Below, one piece after another: positions 1 to 14,028 of a stretch of 64,000 nt of DNA (within the stretch, counting starts at the first letter, position 1; each line of letters begins with the position of its first letter). Position numbers and translations under genes: made by a program. This stretch comes from Dipteris shenzhenensis (Eukaryota). The stretch is from the NCBI GenBank assembly GCA_047967505.1, contig CM106538.1. One strand, written 5' to 3'. The notes below the pieces were generated by a model that saw only the letters and a list, made by a program, of their open reading frames with translations, searched no databases and had not been told where the DNA came from.

Positions 1-2013
1 ACCCAACCAAAAAAAATTATATAATGCACGTACATTTTACTTTTACTTATGGAAGCACGTTCTCTGCGGGCAATGTGCCTTTGCGGAAATCAATTTATAC
101 AAAATCCAATGTGAACAAACCAATTTATACAACATATGTACATTTTTTTTAAAATTTATGGAAGTACTTACAATGGGGCGCCACTCAAAGGACTGGGTGG
201 GGAATGTACAATGTGATGTCAAAACACAATGTTTCTACAAAAGCAAGAAACTAACTAGTAGCTGCTGTGCAAGAGAATAGGGGAATGCAAGCTCGATAAA
301 TAAAGAGTGCAAAGGGGCATGTACAATGAGTGGCCGCATGAGTAAAATCTTTCTGTCTAGGCTACCTTAGTGAACGATGTCACGAAGCCGAAGCTATTGA
401 TTGTGAACTCCCCAAAGGGCCGCTTCTCTGAAAGCATAGTACCGGGTTGCAACAACACTACGGGCATGAAACTCCAGAAATAGGAAATGCAACCCAAGCA
501 CGTCGTCCACATGTGGCCCTCGAACCTGCACAATGACTCGGTTGCCATCACAGAGAACAACACACCCTTTCAAGGAAGGAACTTGGGAAATGGCTTGGGC
601 TCCATCGTAGCTATAGCAGTAGGGGTGTGCTGGGTCTCTGCTCACGCGTGTGCCGGTACTCAATAAGGGGGTTATTCAAGGAGCTGATTAAATGGAGGAC
701 ACCAACTACTTGCAAGAGAAGGAGTTTTGATTAAAAAATAACAGCGGGGCCAATAACATGCGTATACGCACAATTGTTGTAATGTTCACCTTTTTTTCAT
801 ATCCCAACTGTGAGACCTGACGTGTGAATGCCTCCTACAGAGTCGAATGAAGATTCCCCTTCGGAAGTGCTCTGATAATGGTGAAGTCAAAAACACCTAT
901 TGCGTGTCGTGCTTGCATGTATGAAATATTTTTCGCAACATACATTACGACGCCCTCCGTAATGAATTCTTCCACCAAGCGCGCAAGGGTGTGCCTCCTA
1001 TTGGCTATAAAAGACAATTGGTAGGTGCGAGGGGAGGTAGGTTAGCAGATGTTGTTGTGCTATCTACCTTATTGAATAACCACATTAGAGTAAAGGAAAG
1101 AAAGCGGCTTACCATAGCGCGGTCCTCGAGGTTTGGCCCATCAACAATGATGACCTGCTCTGCTGGCAGCCCATCTAGGTACACCTTCACAATGACGAAG
1201 GTGAGGGTGTGTCGATAACTGAAGTGAATGGTATGTGCATGTTTTCCATTTGATTAGCCGCCCATGGTGCATACCATTTGATGACATTATCTGGCACGAA
1301 CGAAATCTCTCCATCGAATGGTTTCTCCTTCAAAATAGTGGTGGTTGCATCTACGGGCAGGGAAAAAGATGATGTGCCTCCCTTGCCGAATGCACGTGCT
1401 TTGTATGTACCATACTTTGCCAAAACCCTACCCTTGAAGGCAAAACGGTGTGGCAAACGAAGGTATATTGGTCCTACTTCCATCCTCCATTACATGTATG
1501 GCTTGGTGATGTTGTGTGGTGCTAGCAACGGGCTCAGCTATGCTCTTTAATTTGGCGGGTACAACGTTAGAGCTAGTTGGGAGAATACATGAAGAAAAGT
1601 TATGAGAAAATGTTGTTCGTTCTTGTTGGCATTACGCAACTTGTACTACAAAACCAATTCTTGTTATACAATTCACTCCGCTTTATGCGAAGCCTCTTCA
1701 AAGTTTTTATTGGTTTTTTGTCTTTAAAAAAGTGCAAGTGTCGTTTCCACAGTGCATGTGCTCAACATTTCTATCTTGTGCTACAAGAAAACACACTTGG
1801 AGCGTGCATAAGTTGTTTGAGAACTGACGCGCGTGAGCAACTGGTTGGTAGGGGTCGCAATAATGCAAAGGGGGTGGTGCTATTATGAACTTGGAAAAAA
1901 AACATTATTCTTGCAAGAATTCTATTTCAAAGGACTGGGTTGCAGCAATAGGATTCAAAAAACCAAGTAAGATAGTTTGGAGTTTCAGTTATTCACTTTT
2001 GTACGTATAACAG

Positions 2014-2415
2014 AGTACTAGTATATTACTTATATAGTACTAAATTGTTTTAATACCAAGAGAGTACTATATAAGAGTACTACAAACCTACTACTATTAT
2101 AGTACTATTATCACAATACTAAAATAGCACAACAATAGGACATACAGAGTACTATTATAGTATTAAAAATCACTGTTATAATGTAAATAGAGTACTCTGT
2201 TACCAAAATACAAACATAGTACTATTACACTACTAAGTAGTACTACAATTATTACTAATGTAGTACTTTATTATAGAACTACCAACATAGTACAATACTA
2301 CGTGCTAAGATAGTACTCCCTTATAGTATTAATATAGTGCACTCTATTACAAAGTAATATCATACAGTATTAAGACAGAGTACTCTCTTACAGAGTTACT
2401 ATCTTACAGTACTAT
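2014..2415. repeat. AT-rich array of the palindromic hexamer AGTACT (about 13 exact copies plus variants)
   Basis: AGTACT recurs at about 2014, 2036, 2063, 2077, 2101, 2148, 2191, 2218, 2240, 2261, 2311, 2379 and 2408. Confidence 0.8.
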
Positions 2416-2702
2416 CCATTAGGAAAAAAGGGGGCTCATTTGGGGTCTTTTGGCCAAAATGAAAAATAGCTCTCAACCATTGGCCATAAGGCCAATGTAA
2501 CATGGGGAAAGTTTAAAATTTTATCTGGATTGTTAGAGCAAGAGAGAATATTTTATTCATGTACAACTATCAATAACAAATAAAATTTTTGGTCGAGCTA
2601 CTAACACGATTCTACTATCGGACAATGTCTTATTCAAAATACATCACCAACTGAAATGTGTTTTCCCTCCCAAACTACTCTCCCCACTCAAAGTACTCTT
2701 CC

Positions 2703-2707
2703 CTCTC

Positions 2708-2763
<56 letters not shown>
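2703..2763. repeat. (CT)n microsatellite
   Basis: Direct read. Confidence 0.97.
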
Positions 2764-2769
<6 letters not shown>

Positions 2770-5196
2770 GCTTTGTCAATCTCTCTCATTGAATTTTCAA
2801 AAGTTTTAGATGAACCAATCTATGCTTTTGTGAAACAGTGTGTTTATCACAATGTTGTAGACTAGAATGTAACTTTTGCAAGTCTTTTATGGGTATGGCA
2901 AACCATTAACACGATCTCATTCTTTGAGAAGCTTTCTTTATCAAAATATCGCGAGGAGCAAGATACAAGAGTGAGCTCTTTGCTTTTTCAATCTCTCTTT
3001 TTGAGATTTTAGAAGTGAAAGTGTTAGGTTGGATAATATTATTTCAGTTTTTGATGAACAAGAGTGTATTTATAAATATGCTTCAGAATGGTATATAAAT
3101 TTTGAAAGTTTTTCGTGGGGACGACAACACAATAACTAGTCCTAGTTCTATAGGAAGCTTTGTTGATCATAATATTGACGCACAAGGTACTAGAACAATG
3201 TCATTGCTTTGTCAATCTCTATCTTTGATAAAATTCTTAAAGTTTTGAATAAGAAGATCGTGCTTATGCAAGACTAGAATATAGTGTGTGCTCTTTAATA
3301 TGTCCATTGAGTTTTAAGGTGTTCGAGTATAAGTTTGGATACTAGTCTCAATGGCATGCATCGATAATTAGAACTGTTCTTGTGCCAAACATCATGTTGA
3401 TCAGACTGTTGAGGACGAAGCTATAGACGTGAGCTCCCTCACTTGTTGAACTCTTTCCTCTATATCTTTTATCAATGTTGCCAACAAGTTATTGTGGATG
3501 GCTGCTGCTGGCAAATACTGACTGTATCAAAAGGAAGTTGGGTGTTCATGTAGCCAAACACAAGGAAGAAGCCACGCTCAAGTAATCTCTTTTTGGAATC
3601 TTGGAAGGGTAGGGTGAAAGATTTTAGAAAATATTGGTTCAACATTTATACATGCATAGAGAGCCTACGTTGCGAGAGAATTATCCATACCAAATTGAAA
3701 TTGACTTCATTGAGAATTTATATTTCATAATCAAATAATTTCTTGAATCTCAATGTCTTGTCAGATATGTATCCTTCATCTTATGAGCAGTGGTAGCCTA
3801 CCAAATGCATTTTAGGATTCATGGATGGGTCCATAGGAGAGTTGCAATATCAAGGTACATCAGCAACATAGTTAGCTCAGTCAGGGGTCTTTTTCTATAA
3901 TCATTTTTACCAACTATTGGATAAATCCAACACACATGGTGTGTTAAAGAAACTAGCTCTCCTTGCATGGAATACCATTGATTGGCCAATTCCTCATGGT
4001 GTTGTTACAGAGTCATATAGAGCCAGGTTGTTTTCAAAAGTACAATGATCCTTACGGCCAGGGATTGCCAGTAGAATCAATAAAATAACTATTTGCATGC
4101 CAATAAGAGTCTTTGTAGAGCTATTCAATAAATTTTCTATCAAGATTTGCAAGACGATGCTCACTTATAATGCAAATGGTGATGAAAGAATTCTTGACTT
4201 CTTAGATTATGGTTGGGGGACATGATAACATTCAACCCAGTATATTGTGAGGTTGTGCACAACTCCATTAAGCTTAAGTACATGATTGCCACCTAAAATT
4301 TTATATTAACCTTTTACTATAGACACAGTAGAATGATTGGGAACCAATTAGTTCTAGTGGATTAAGATTTGAACTCTTTTGGTCTTGAGAATGAAGCATT
4401 TGATATCACCATTAACAAGAATGAAAATTCATTAGGAATTATATCACTTACACAATGATGCACACTCGCTCAACTATGCCAGGCCATTCAAGTGGAGACA
4501 GAGGGTAGTGTTCCAGAAAGATTCTCATTCATTCTAAATAACAAGAAGGTAAACCAAGAGTTGAATATAATTCAATGTTTTTTATTTATTATTGAATGAA
4601 TCATTGATTAACACTACATGTTGATAGGTATTGCAGTGAAGGGAAAGGATAATTTTGTGCAGAGACATCCCAAATGGGATTATTGAGATAATTCAAAATT
4701 CATGATTACAGATACTATATAAATACAGCACACATGTACAAAATGATTATTTACTTAGTATACAGTTAGGATGCAACAGATAAAAATTATACATTATAAT
4801 GTCAAACAAATGGATGATTCTCAAACAATCATTGTTGTTCAAGTAATGGTAGATGCTGTGAAGGGTTGGCATCCAATGCCTAGGATGATCCTATGAAGAA
4901 GGTTGATCAAGGAGCTTCTGTTGTGCTTTTTCCTTGTCCACCACCTTCTCTACCATGTTCTGATCTAGCATCTTTGCCAAAATAGCCTTTGCTCTAGTTG
5001 TTGAACTTTTTTGGCTCCATAATATTGTTGGAGTCAGAGAAGCTCTACAATCGTTTTGGCTCTAAAGTTACAACCATAATCTGCATTGTAACTAAAAATT
5101 TTATCATTTACAAACAACAATGGAGAATCGGTTTCTCTCGTATTGTAACAATTTGTCATTAAAAGTTTGTAATAAATAAATCTATATTCATGAGTC

Positions 5197-5198
<2 letters not shown>

Positions 5199-5288
<90 letters not shown>
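5199..5288. repeat. (CT)n microsatellite
   Basis: Direct read. Confidence 0.97.
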
Positions 5289-8049
5289 ATGTATTACAAA
5301 CCAGAATCTCATATATATATAAATTTCATTAGATGTCATTATGTATTACAAAATTCCAAGAGTACAATTTGCCTCAACTCACATAGGAGGCTCTAAAGTA
5401 GTTAAAGGATTCTCAGGTCCAAGCTTAGTATATGGATGTGTAAGGGGATGAGGATCATGGGGACGGGGCTCAGAATCCTCAGTATTTGTATGGGGAAGGG
5501 GCTCATGATCCTCAGTTCCAAGCTCAGTAGTTTGAAGGGCTGGACGAGGGTCCTCATGTCCAAATTCAGTAGTTAGAGGAAGGTCAGTGGATGGTGGAGG
5601 CATCGGAGGTTGGGCCTCAGGGTCCAAGTCCTATCAGAGAGTCCTCATCCTGCTCTCGAGTGAGGTCCTTCATCAATTTTGATCTTTGTCCCCGATCTAA
5701 TTTCTTATAGCTTTCCTCCTCCCTGCTTTTCTCTTGTGGTAACGAGGAGGCATATTGAAGGAGATCTATGATCATCCTAGCTCTAAAGTTTCACACAAAT
5801 TGATCATCATAGCTTTCCTTTGTCATCTGTAGAAATGCAAACAAAACTTTAGCTTCAAGTTCAGTGTTAAGATTAATGTTATGTATAAATTTTAAATGCA
5901 TCAATAATGGTACTTACAGGACCCGATGTATCCTTTGACAAATAAGCCTCAAAACTGTACTTGGTGTTTATAAGGACCCTCCATCCATAAGAGTGGGCAT
6001 CGTATTGTTGTGATGTCTATGAACCATCGAGTCACTTGTAAGCCTAAAACTATTTTAATTAATTTTTGTCCTATGTCCAAGTGTAGCAGTTCAATTGCAC
6101 CCAACATAGATGGATTTTTTTCATAGAAATCGATTGCAAAAGATAGTCTCTTCATACCACTATAAGTTTCATATGTCAGTGTGAACAACTTTCTACAAAA
6201 TAAATCATTTTTTATTTCAAAAAATTAAGATACTTATTTAAGGCAATTCAAGTTCACTTACAAATCGATCTCTTAATGAGTATGTGTAGCTGAATTGAAG
6301 CAGAAGCATCCTTTTGATGGCATGTGTATTATAGCTAAACTCCAATGTCGACTCCATTTGACAATTGCTGTAAAGATTAGAATTTGTGGATTGAAAATAA
6401 CAATTTAGCTCCTTATGCAATTGTCTCAAAGCAATAAAAAATAGAGTAGGACAAGTTACTGACACAGTCATCCTTACACGACTCAAGTAGGTTTTTATTT
6501 TTATATCTTTTTAGACAACCACTTATTTTGAACGCTATTCTGAATTACTCTGTTGATTTGCAGCTTACTCAAAAAATAGCTACATGAAGAGATTCAAGGT
6601 GTGGTACATATCGAACGTCTAAATACAGTCGGACCTACTATAAGGATAAGTTTTGCAGATGCTCTAGATGATCTCCTTATAGACCCAGTCCTAGGTCATC
6701 GACTACACCTAAGTATGGTATCTTTGATTTCTTCAACATGGAGACTTTTTATAGGCGACTGCTCAAATACTCTATCCCATTGATTGAAGGTTGCTTCATG
6801 ATTCTAGGCTTCAGGTCAGTGTAGATGGCTTCCTCTAATCGGTTCACTTTGAGTGTCAGTTTAGTATTCAAATTCCACAACCGTTTTCACCACAACCCAT
6901 CCTTCCATGAGATTATTCAGGTTGTTGCTAGGGGTTTTTTGCTACACTTCGTAGATTCACCTGTTCATCCATACCTAGTTTGGAGTTCATTATAGCCTCT
7001 CTATCTCCTAAATCTTGCCACCCTTGGTAGCCTTGATGTAGGTATTTCTCTCTCCTGGCCGCATATCGTTGTCTTCTTTTTGCATGCGAATCAAACATCT
7101 TTGACATCCTGGATGATGCAAAGGGTTGCTTAGGAGCACTCCTCAGTCCAAAGACCAACCTTTAAATAGGTTTTTAATATTTTGAAATCAACAGTAGACA
7201 CTCAAAGGAGTTTTTTGAAATAGAGCATTCGACCAAGTAACTATCATAACTCATCATTGGTCAACATAAACTATTGCTTCATGGTTCTATTTGCGCACTT
7301 GGAGCTAAGAATCCTATTCTCAATCCACTCAATCTCCCCACTCATACATTTGAACACCTATCTTTCCCAACACGATCACTAAATATTGATGCTTGGTTCC
7401 ACTCTTGGTTCTACTCACCTCTCAAGCTACCCAGTGCTCAACACTTGGTGAATTGTGTGTGCATAGTGCATTAGTGGAAGATTCTCTCTCTTGCACTCCT
7501 TGGTAATTGGCTCATGTTCCTACCAATTCTTGTTTGTAGAACTGCATTGTGTACTTAACAGGGTTTGTGTTGTGTGGGAGAACATCGTATGAAGATGGGT
7601 GAAAAGAGAAGATTGAAAAGATGGCAACTAAATGCAACACTTATATTAATCAAAGGCACTTAGCCATTACAAATAGCCAAGGGCTGCACATAATCATGCC
7701 TCGACTCAAGGCGAACCACTCATACAACAAGATTCTAGACTCACTCAAACTTGCCTCTTATACAAGACACTACGAGCTAGAAGACCATTTGACTAATACA
7801 ATCAATAACTTATAGACTAGTTCAACTTGCTTCAACTTATAGACTGGTTTAACCATTGATATTTGCACCCTTGAGGAACTTTGTATAGTCTTGGGGTAAG
7901 TGCAAATATAATGAATGGTAAAATTCATATTGTGAAGAGTTCTTTTATGCAATATAAATATGTATATGCTTAGAGCTACACCCATTTTTGGGGTGTTCCA
8001 CTAGAAGTATGCCAGCATAGGATTCTCTTAATATTGGATGCCAAGGCAA

Positions 8050-8790
8050 CCTGTTAACAAAGATACACATAATGAATCTTAAGTATGCCAAGCAATTCAA
8101 AGCCAATCTTAATTAGATAGTCTGAGTGAGCTTCATTTATGCAATTGATCAGATTAATTGGTTATTTCTAATTATGGTGGTGCCCAAGAAGAATGGGAAG
8201 CTCCAAATGTGTGTTAATTATAGGAAGCTTAATGCTTATTAAAAAAATAGAGTTGGACAATCACCCTCATGTTCGAGAGCTCATTCCCACAGAACAAGCT
8301 TTTGAATGAGAACTTTGAATAATTCTTGGCTCTTCTTCCTACTTTTTAATCTTAATTTGGGATCTAAAGTTGATCTACAAATTGTTTGGGTAAGTTCAAA
8401 GCTGACTCTGGTATTTTGAATAGACTTACTTGTATCCTTCATGGACATGTTGCTTGGAGCTACACGAACATGAAAGGTATTGATCCCCAATTCTACCAGC
8501 ATTATATCAATTTCAAAGAAGATGCACCTCCAATTCAACAACAGTGGTATTGAATAAATCTAAACTATGTTTCCAATTCAACAATAACAGCATTGAATGA
8601 ATCCAAATGATCGTAAAAGGGTCCAAGACAAAATTGACAAATTTCTATAGGTTGGATTTATCTATTTGATTGATCAAGCTAGATGGATCTATAGTGATTA
8701 TTCCTAAGAAGAATAAGAAGCCACAAGTTTGCATAGATTAATGTTGACACTTTTACCGATCCATTCCCATTACCCTTTATGGATTCTTTG
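8050..8790 (+). pseudogene. Degenerate Ty3/Gypsy reverse-transcriptase fragments (two partial copies)
   Basis: Translates to IMVVPKKNGKLQMCVNYRKLNA (about 8171), GIDPQFYQHYINFKEDAPPIQQ (about 8476) and VIIPKKNKKPQVCID (about 8694); many stops and frameshifts. Confidence 0.75.
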
Positions 8791-11700
8791 CTACTACTGC
8801 ACTTGGAGAAAAAACAGAACCTCATAGGTAAATTGGCTCAATGGATGTTGCTTCTATAAAACTTTACGATTGCATGTAGTGAACAAACGAAATCTCATAG
8901 GTAAATTGCTCGATGGATGTCATGCCTACAAATATGCTAAGCAACTACTAATAGTTGGACAACCTAGTGATTGACTCAAGATGCCACATAATCCGATCCT
9001 ATTCATGGGGCACAATTTGCTATCATTAGGCATCATGCATGCGCATGCATGAGTGCCCTATATTACCTCTAGTACACCTTCCAACGATGTGCACCATTAT
9101 GCTCCTTCATGTTCTCTGCAAAGCCCCTATACTCTTGCATTTACCTGTGTTTTTTCTTACACCATTCTTTAGAACTCGCTTGCACTCTCATCAACTACCC
9201 TTTCATCTTCCATTGATATCACCCTCACCCTATAACTATTTACTCTCAACTCGATTCTCTTACACAAACTTGCTTACACTTTGCTTGCTCTCTTCATCAT
9301 CTAAGCTTTTGCCCAGAAACCTGCTTCTTGAAAAATGGGTAGTTTATGCACTCCTCACCCCTTTCTTCACTGTATCTCCTACTACTCGAAATGGGCTCAC
9401 CACAGCATGACTTGATCGGGCAGCCATAACCCCCTTGGATGACACACCCTTTACCCTAAAGCCAAGAACTAGAAATTAAATTATCTTGAATTATTATAAT
9501 AACTGCAAAGTCGACATTCACATATTTTTCCAGAGTTTTTCCTACAATGCTGAAATTGAAAAGAAATCCCTAGCAAGGCCTATAGTGATAAAATCGCATT
9601 CCGAACTTCCCATTTTTGGATGGCATAGTTGGAAAGAGTTGACCTTTTAACTTGGTAGTTGCAATCCAATGCCACGATTGGAGCAATTTTAACCATGTTT
9701 TGTTTTGTTTTGAGCGAGGCTTTGTTGTGTGAGGCATTTACACCCACCATACATCTCATGTAGAACTCTTTCCTCCCACCTTATAGAGCTAGACTTCATG
9801 TTTTACGGAAGGAACAAATTTGCCTAATCCTCCAACCTGACGACAACATTGAGGCAGATCTAGATGCAGATGTGAGAAGTGTGGCATTGCCTCGAGTGAG
9901 CTCTATACCACTCACAGGTCGAGCAATGGAAAAGGGCGAGGTTAAGGAAGTGAGAACCACCAAAAGCACATAACCAAATGGCAACCAGACTACTGCCATG
10001 ATCCGAAGCAAGCCAGTACTGATGCATGCCCTCACCTTACTGGCAGACCTGGTTCAAGGACCATCAATGAAAGATCCAGCCATTCGGACCTTCAAAGAAA
10101 ACTCGCTTGCCCTATAGCAAAACTATGATGTTGTACAAGACCGCTTGGTGGCAATAAAAATGGTGTTACACAATGAGGGCCACAAGGAAATACCAAGGAG
10201 GTTCAAGACCAGTGGTTGGAGATTCAAAATCTCTAGCAGCAAAAACAATACATTGTGCTCCTATCTCTAGATCTGAAAAGCGCAGAACAATTGGAAGATC
10301 TAGAGCCTCTAGATGCCCCTTCCACTCCACCACTATCTTCAACTCTGACACTACATTCACCCATTTTCTCACATGGAGCTTTTCCGCCAACGAGGCCAAC
10401 CTTACAGAAGATCTAGTAGAGAGTCAATGCCAATAGAATATCCAGCTCTAGATGATTCATCAAGCATCTGACGCCTCGCTAAAATAGTGGCCGTAGTCCA
10501 ACTAGCACAACCATAATGGTGTCCATACCTTTCTGGCTATGTGTAGTGGTGCACCTAGAATCCAACCCCTTTTGCCTCAACTCCAACCTTTGCAACTTAT
10601 ATGGCCACTTGCTCCTATTGTTGCTCCTGCTCCACCAATTGATGAGCATGCCTCGGCCAATGATCTCCGGAGATTTGTAGTCATCCCGCGATTAGCAAGG
10701 AAATTTTGGGTAACGCAAATACAAAATAGATGCAACAATGAAAGAAGTAAATCCCCTCATCCCTCAACACATGTTGATTGATATACGAGCAAAATGGCAA
10801 GGAGGCATGATGAGTTAGGATCAATAAAGACTCATGGTTCCAAACCATTCGATCCATCTTCTCCATCCAAATTACTAACATCTTTCAAGTCATGTCGACT
10901 TCGCTTCAACAAGGTTTAGTACCACCAAGAGTGCAAGGTGTGTTGGGCAGATCCGATAGCAAGATAATACTGTTGCAACAACTCCACTCGTGTGCAAAAT
11001 CCATGCACAAAATTTTGTTGTATAATTGTATACTAGAATATTTTGATTGTTTAGCTTTGCTACCTGAACCTGTACATGCTTTAAACAAGTATTACTGTTG
11101 GAGAGATTCATGCCCTTAAATGGGTATTAGTAACTAGGATTAATGATCGGTGGGATTAGAATTGCCCAATACTTGGTGGGGTCAGATGGTCGGGGCCAAA
11201 ATTTGACACAACTGTGTGAGGTGAACACATGAGGGTGCTCCTCCTTTAATTCTCTGTTGTCCCTCCTTTTTTCAAACATAGCATGCGCAAAATTCGAGTG
11301 CCTTCCAACACGGACGTAAGATAAATGGAACCTTTTAGCAACATGCTCACATATGAGGAAGCATTTAAGATATTTTAACAAATGTCCTCATTACTTCTTA
11401 GATAGACAAAGATACTAGTACTTTTCATGCAAATGATGTCTTAACAAACATTGGAGGCATGTTACTAGCTTCGATTGTTAGGCACAATTGTCGATTTATC
11501 ATGTTTGATACTTCATTGTTTAATGTGTAAGATGGTTAATGAGTCATGTTTACATTTGAAATTCCTTAACATTTCAATGATTACTATTTATAAAAGGATT
11601 AAGCCATAGGTTTAGTTCTCAAAAAAAAGTCTAAATTACAAGTGCCTTTTGGAACCTATGAGATTCTATTTCGTCTTAGAAAGCAACAATTCAAAGAGAT

Positions 11701-12443
11701 GATCGGCACTGTTCAAAATGGCACTATCATTGAATATCCTTTTAGAAATTTACTAGGTTGAATACGTGCTACTTGTTCAAACCAATTAGAGTTGAGGCAA
11801 CCTTTGGGTCTGAATAAGTGAGGTAATCCACCAAAGCCAATTCCCTTCATCCATTGGTCCTTAGAAGGGAAAATATCATTTTCGTGTTTTCAAAGAGAAC
11901 CTAAATTTCTATAGTGCCTCTATGACCATCTTTAATTCTTTCCACACATAGTAGGACCTTCTATACTAGTTATAAACATCCGTTTTTTGCAATAAATTCT
12001 CTTGCCGTGCTTGACTTGCAATGATTCTTCTAAAGGACCCAGTGACCCCAAATATTTTAATGAAATGAGTAAATGCCAGCCTATATTGATGCAGAGCCTT
12101 GATATGAGCACTAAAATGTTCACCATAATGAGACTTGCTCATTTTCCTCCTTCACTGATAATATACTGCGAAGATAACAGGATAGATAATTCGATCCTTT
12201 GCATCAGATCTCCATTTACAAGGTTGAATATGTAAACTTCAAGGATGTGCAGCCTCTAATAAGCCTTGGAAGCTAATGAGCTTCAAAGAAGAAAAAATCA
12301 CCCTTAACCATAAAATCTGACAAGACCAATGACCAATAAGAACTTCCAGTTTGTTATACTCACGTTCATAGCAACAGTACTGCCCATCACCATGGGGACG
12401 GAACAATGAAAGCATCATCAAAGAGATGAACTCCCAAAACAAT

Positions 12444-12586
12444 TTAAGAAAGTTTTTTGGAATGAGCCTTTGTTTGACTGTCATAATACAATTTACACCA
12501 CCATACAATGAGGAAACATGCAAATGCCAGCCCCAGACAAACCCAGAACAAAAATATCCAATGTGGCATGGAATTCAGATACAAAC
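12444..12586 (-). CDS. PSS1: Phosphatidylserine synthase, last coding exon ([47 protein letters not shown])
   Basis: AG acceptor at 12588-12587; phase fits the previous exon; resembles the plant PSS1 C-terminal TM helix (GLYPxxMPxW); TAA at 12446-12444. Confidence 0.85.
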
Positions 12587-12675
12587 CTGCACAGAGAATC
12601 TTGCATTACATATCGAAAAGAAATTGCGGTGACAGAACTGGAGTGGTGTAAACTTAATGGCAAGATAGATCATAC

Positions 12676-12764
12676 CCTGACCAAATTTGATGCATATCAA
12701 CACTTCAACAATACAAATGGCAAGAGAAAGCCAAGCAAAGGCTCCAACCTTCTTAATGGGCTTC
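12676..12764 (-). CDS. PSS1: PSS1 exon ([30 protein letters not shown])
   Basis: TAACAG acceptor and G|GTATG donor; matches the plant PSS1 motif KPVKKVGAFCWLSL. Confidence 0.93.
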
Positions 12765-12945
12765 CTGTTACCGACAACAAAGAACACCAAAAATCAGATA
12801 CGAATTGCCTAATGATGACTAGAGTGTGAACATACAAGGATATCCTGTTACTCTAAAAAAAGGTGCTGGAATGGAGCAAAAAGTATATCAACCTGAAAAC
12901 AAGAAACAAGGAGCAAGCTAGCAAAAACAGGGTGAGATAAATTAC

Positions 12946-13199
12946 CGATCTTGCAGATATGCATTATACTCACGAATAGCTGGGTTAGCTATGAGCCACC
13001 AGATAATCAACCTGTATGTATTCAGTGGGTTTGAAGGAGGAACCCACAGACAAAATTTGAGGAAGAAAGCATTAAGCTCAACTGTGAGTATGATTATTAT
13101 TAGCCCAAGAACCTGGACAAAACGTAAAGGGCCTGACAAAGGGTGCCACTCATCCTTGTCCCAATATGCAGGGGTGAATTGACCTAAGGAACGCTTCAC
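12946..13199 (-). CDS. PSS1: PSS1 exon ([20 protein letters not shown]...[10 protein letters not shown])
   Basis: TTTCAG acceptor and CG|GTAAT donor; diagnostic motifs QFTPxxW, ELNxFFLKF and REY. Confidence 0.95.
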
Positions 13200-14028
13200 C
13201 TGAAATAAAGCAGAAACACAGAAAAGACCATTAGAGAAAAGTTTCATAACTGGGCAAAGGACCTTCCACACCCACAGCATCGCTTTTTTAAGAATTCATG
13301 ATGATGGAAAACTCATACAGGTTGTCAAAACAGGAACTGAAATGCTTTTTCTGAGACAATCCTAGCAAGGCACTGCCTGACAGTCTTTAAAAAACAAAGC
13401 TATAAATTAGCTGTGCTTAAGATGTAGTGTGATTGACCCTGATCTAGATAGAGGGCTGTATTGAACAGAGAATTACAAGTGACTACTTAGTACTGATCAA
13501 CTCAATCACCCATGTGCAAAGAACTTCTCCAGTAGATACCACACATTTTGAAAGAGCTAAGCCTACACCGCAACACACACACCCCCTTTTATCCGTTCCC
13601 CCAACTATAGATGGATCCCTGTTGACTCTGAAAACATCAGGATAGTGACTTCAGTACATCGGCGGATAGCATCACAATGCAGCACGATTATTCTTGGCAA
13701 GATTTTGCCCAAATTTTTTCCCTGTTAACACATGCAGACTTTTATAAAAGTTAGGAACTGTGTTCTCTGACTAGTTTGGGGTTTATTGATTTGCCCCAAA
13801 CATGGCCTGCCTTCAGATATATTAGAGAGTTCACTTTCCAGATATATCCAACACAATGACACTACACTTGTTTGATGCCAAAACTAATGCAGGAACCCAG
13901 GATATGTCAATTCCTTCTGCTAGAGTTCCATCCTGGGATACTATTAGTGACCCCAATACATTAAAACCAAAATACACAGATATGAAAGCCTTATTGAGGC
14001 AATGTCACCAACACAAAGAAATTCTATG

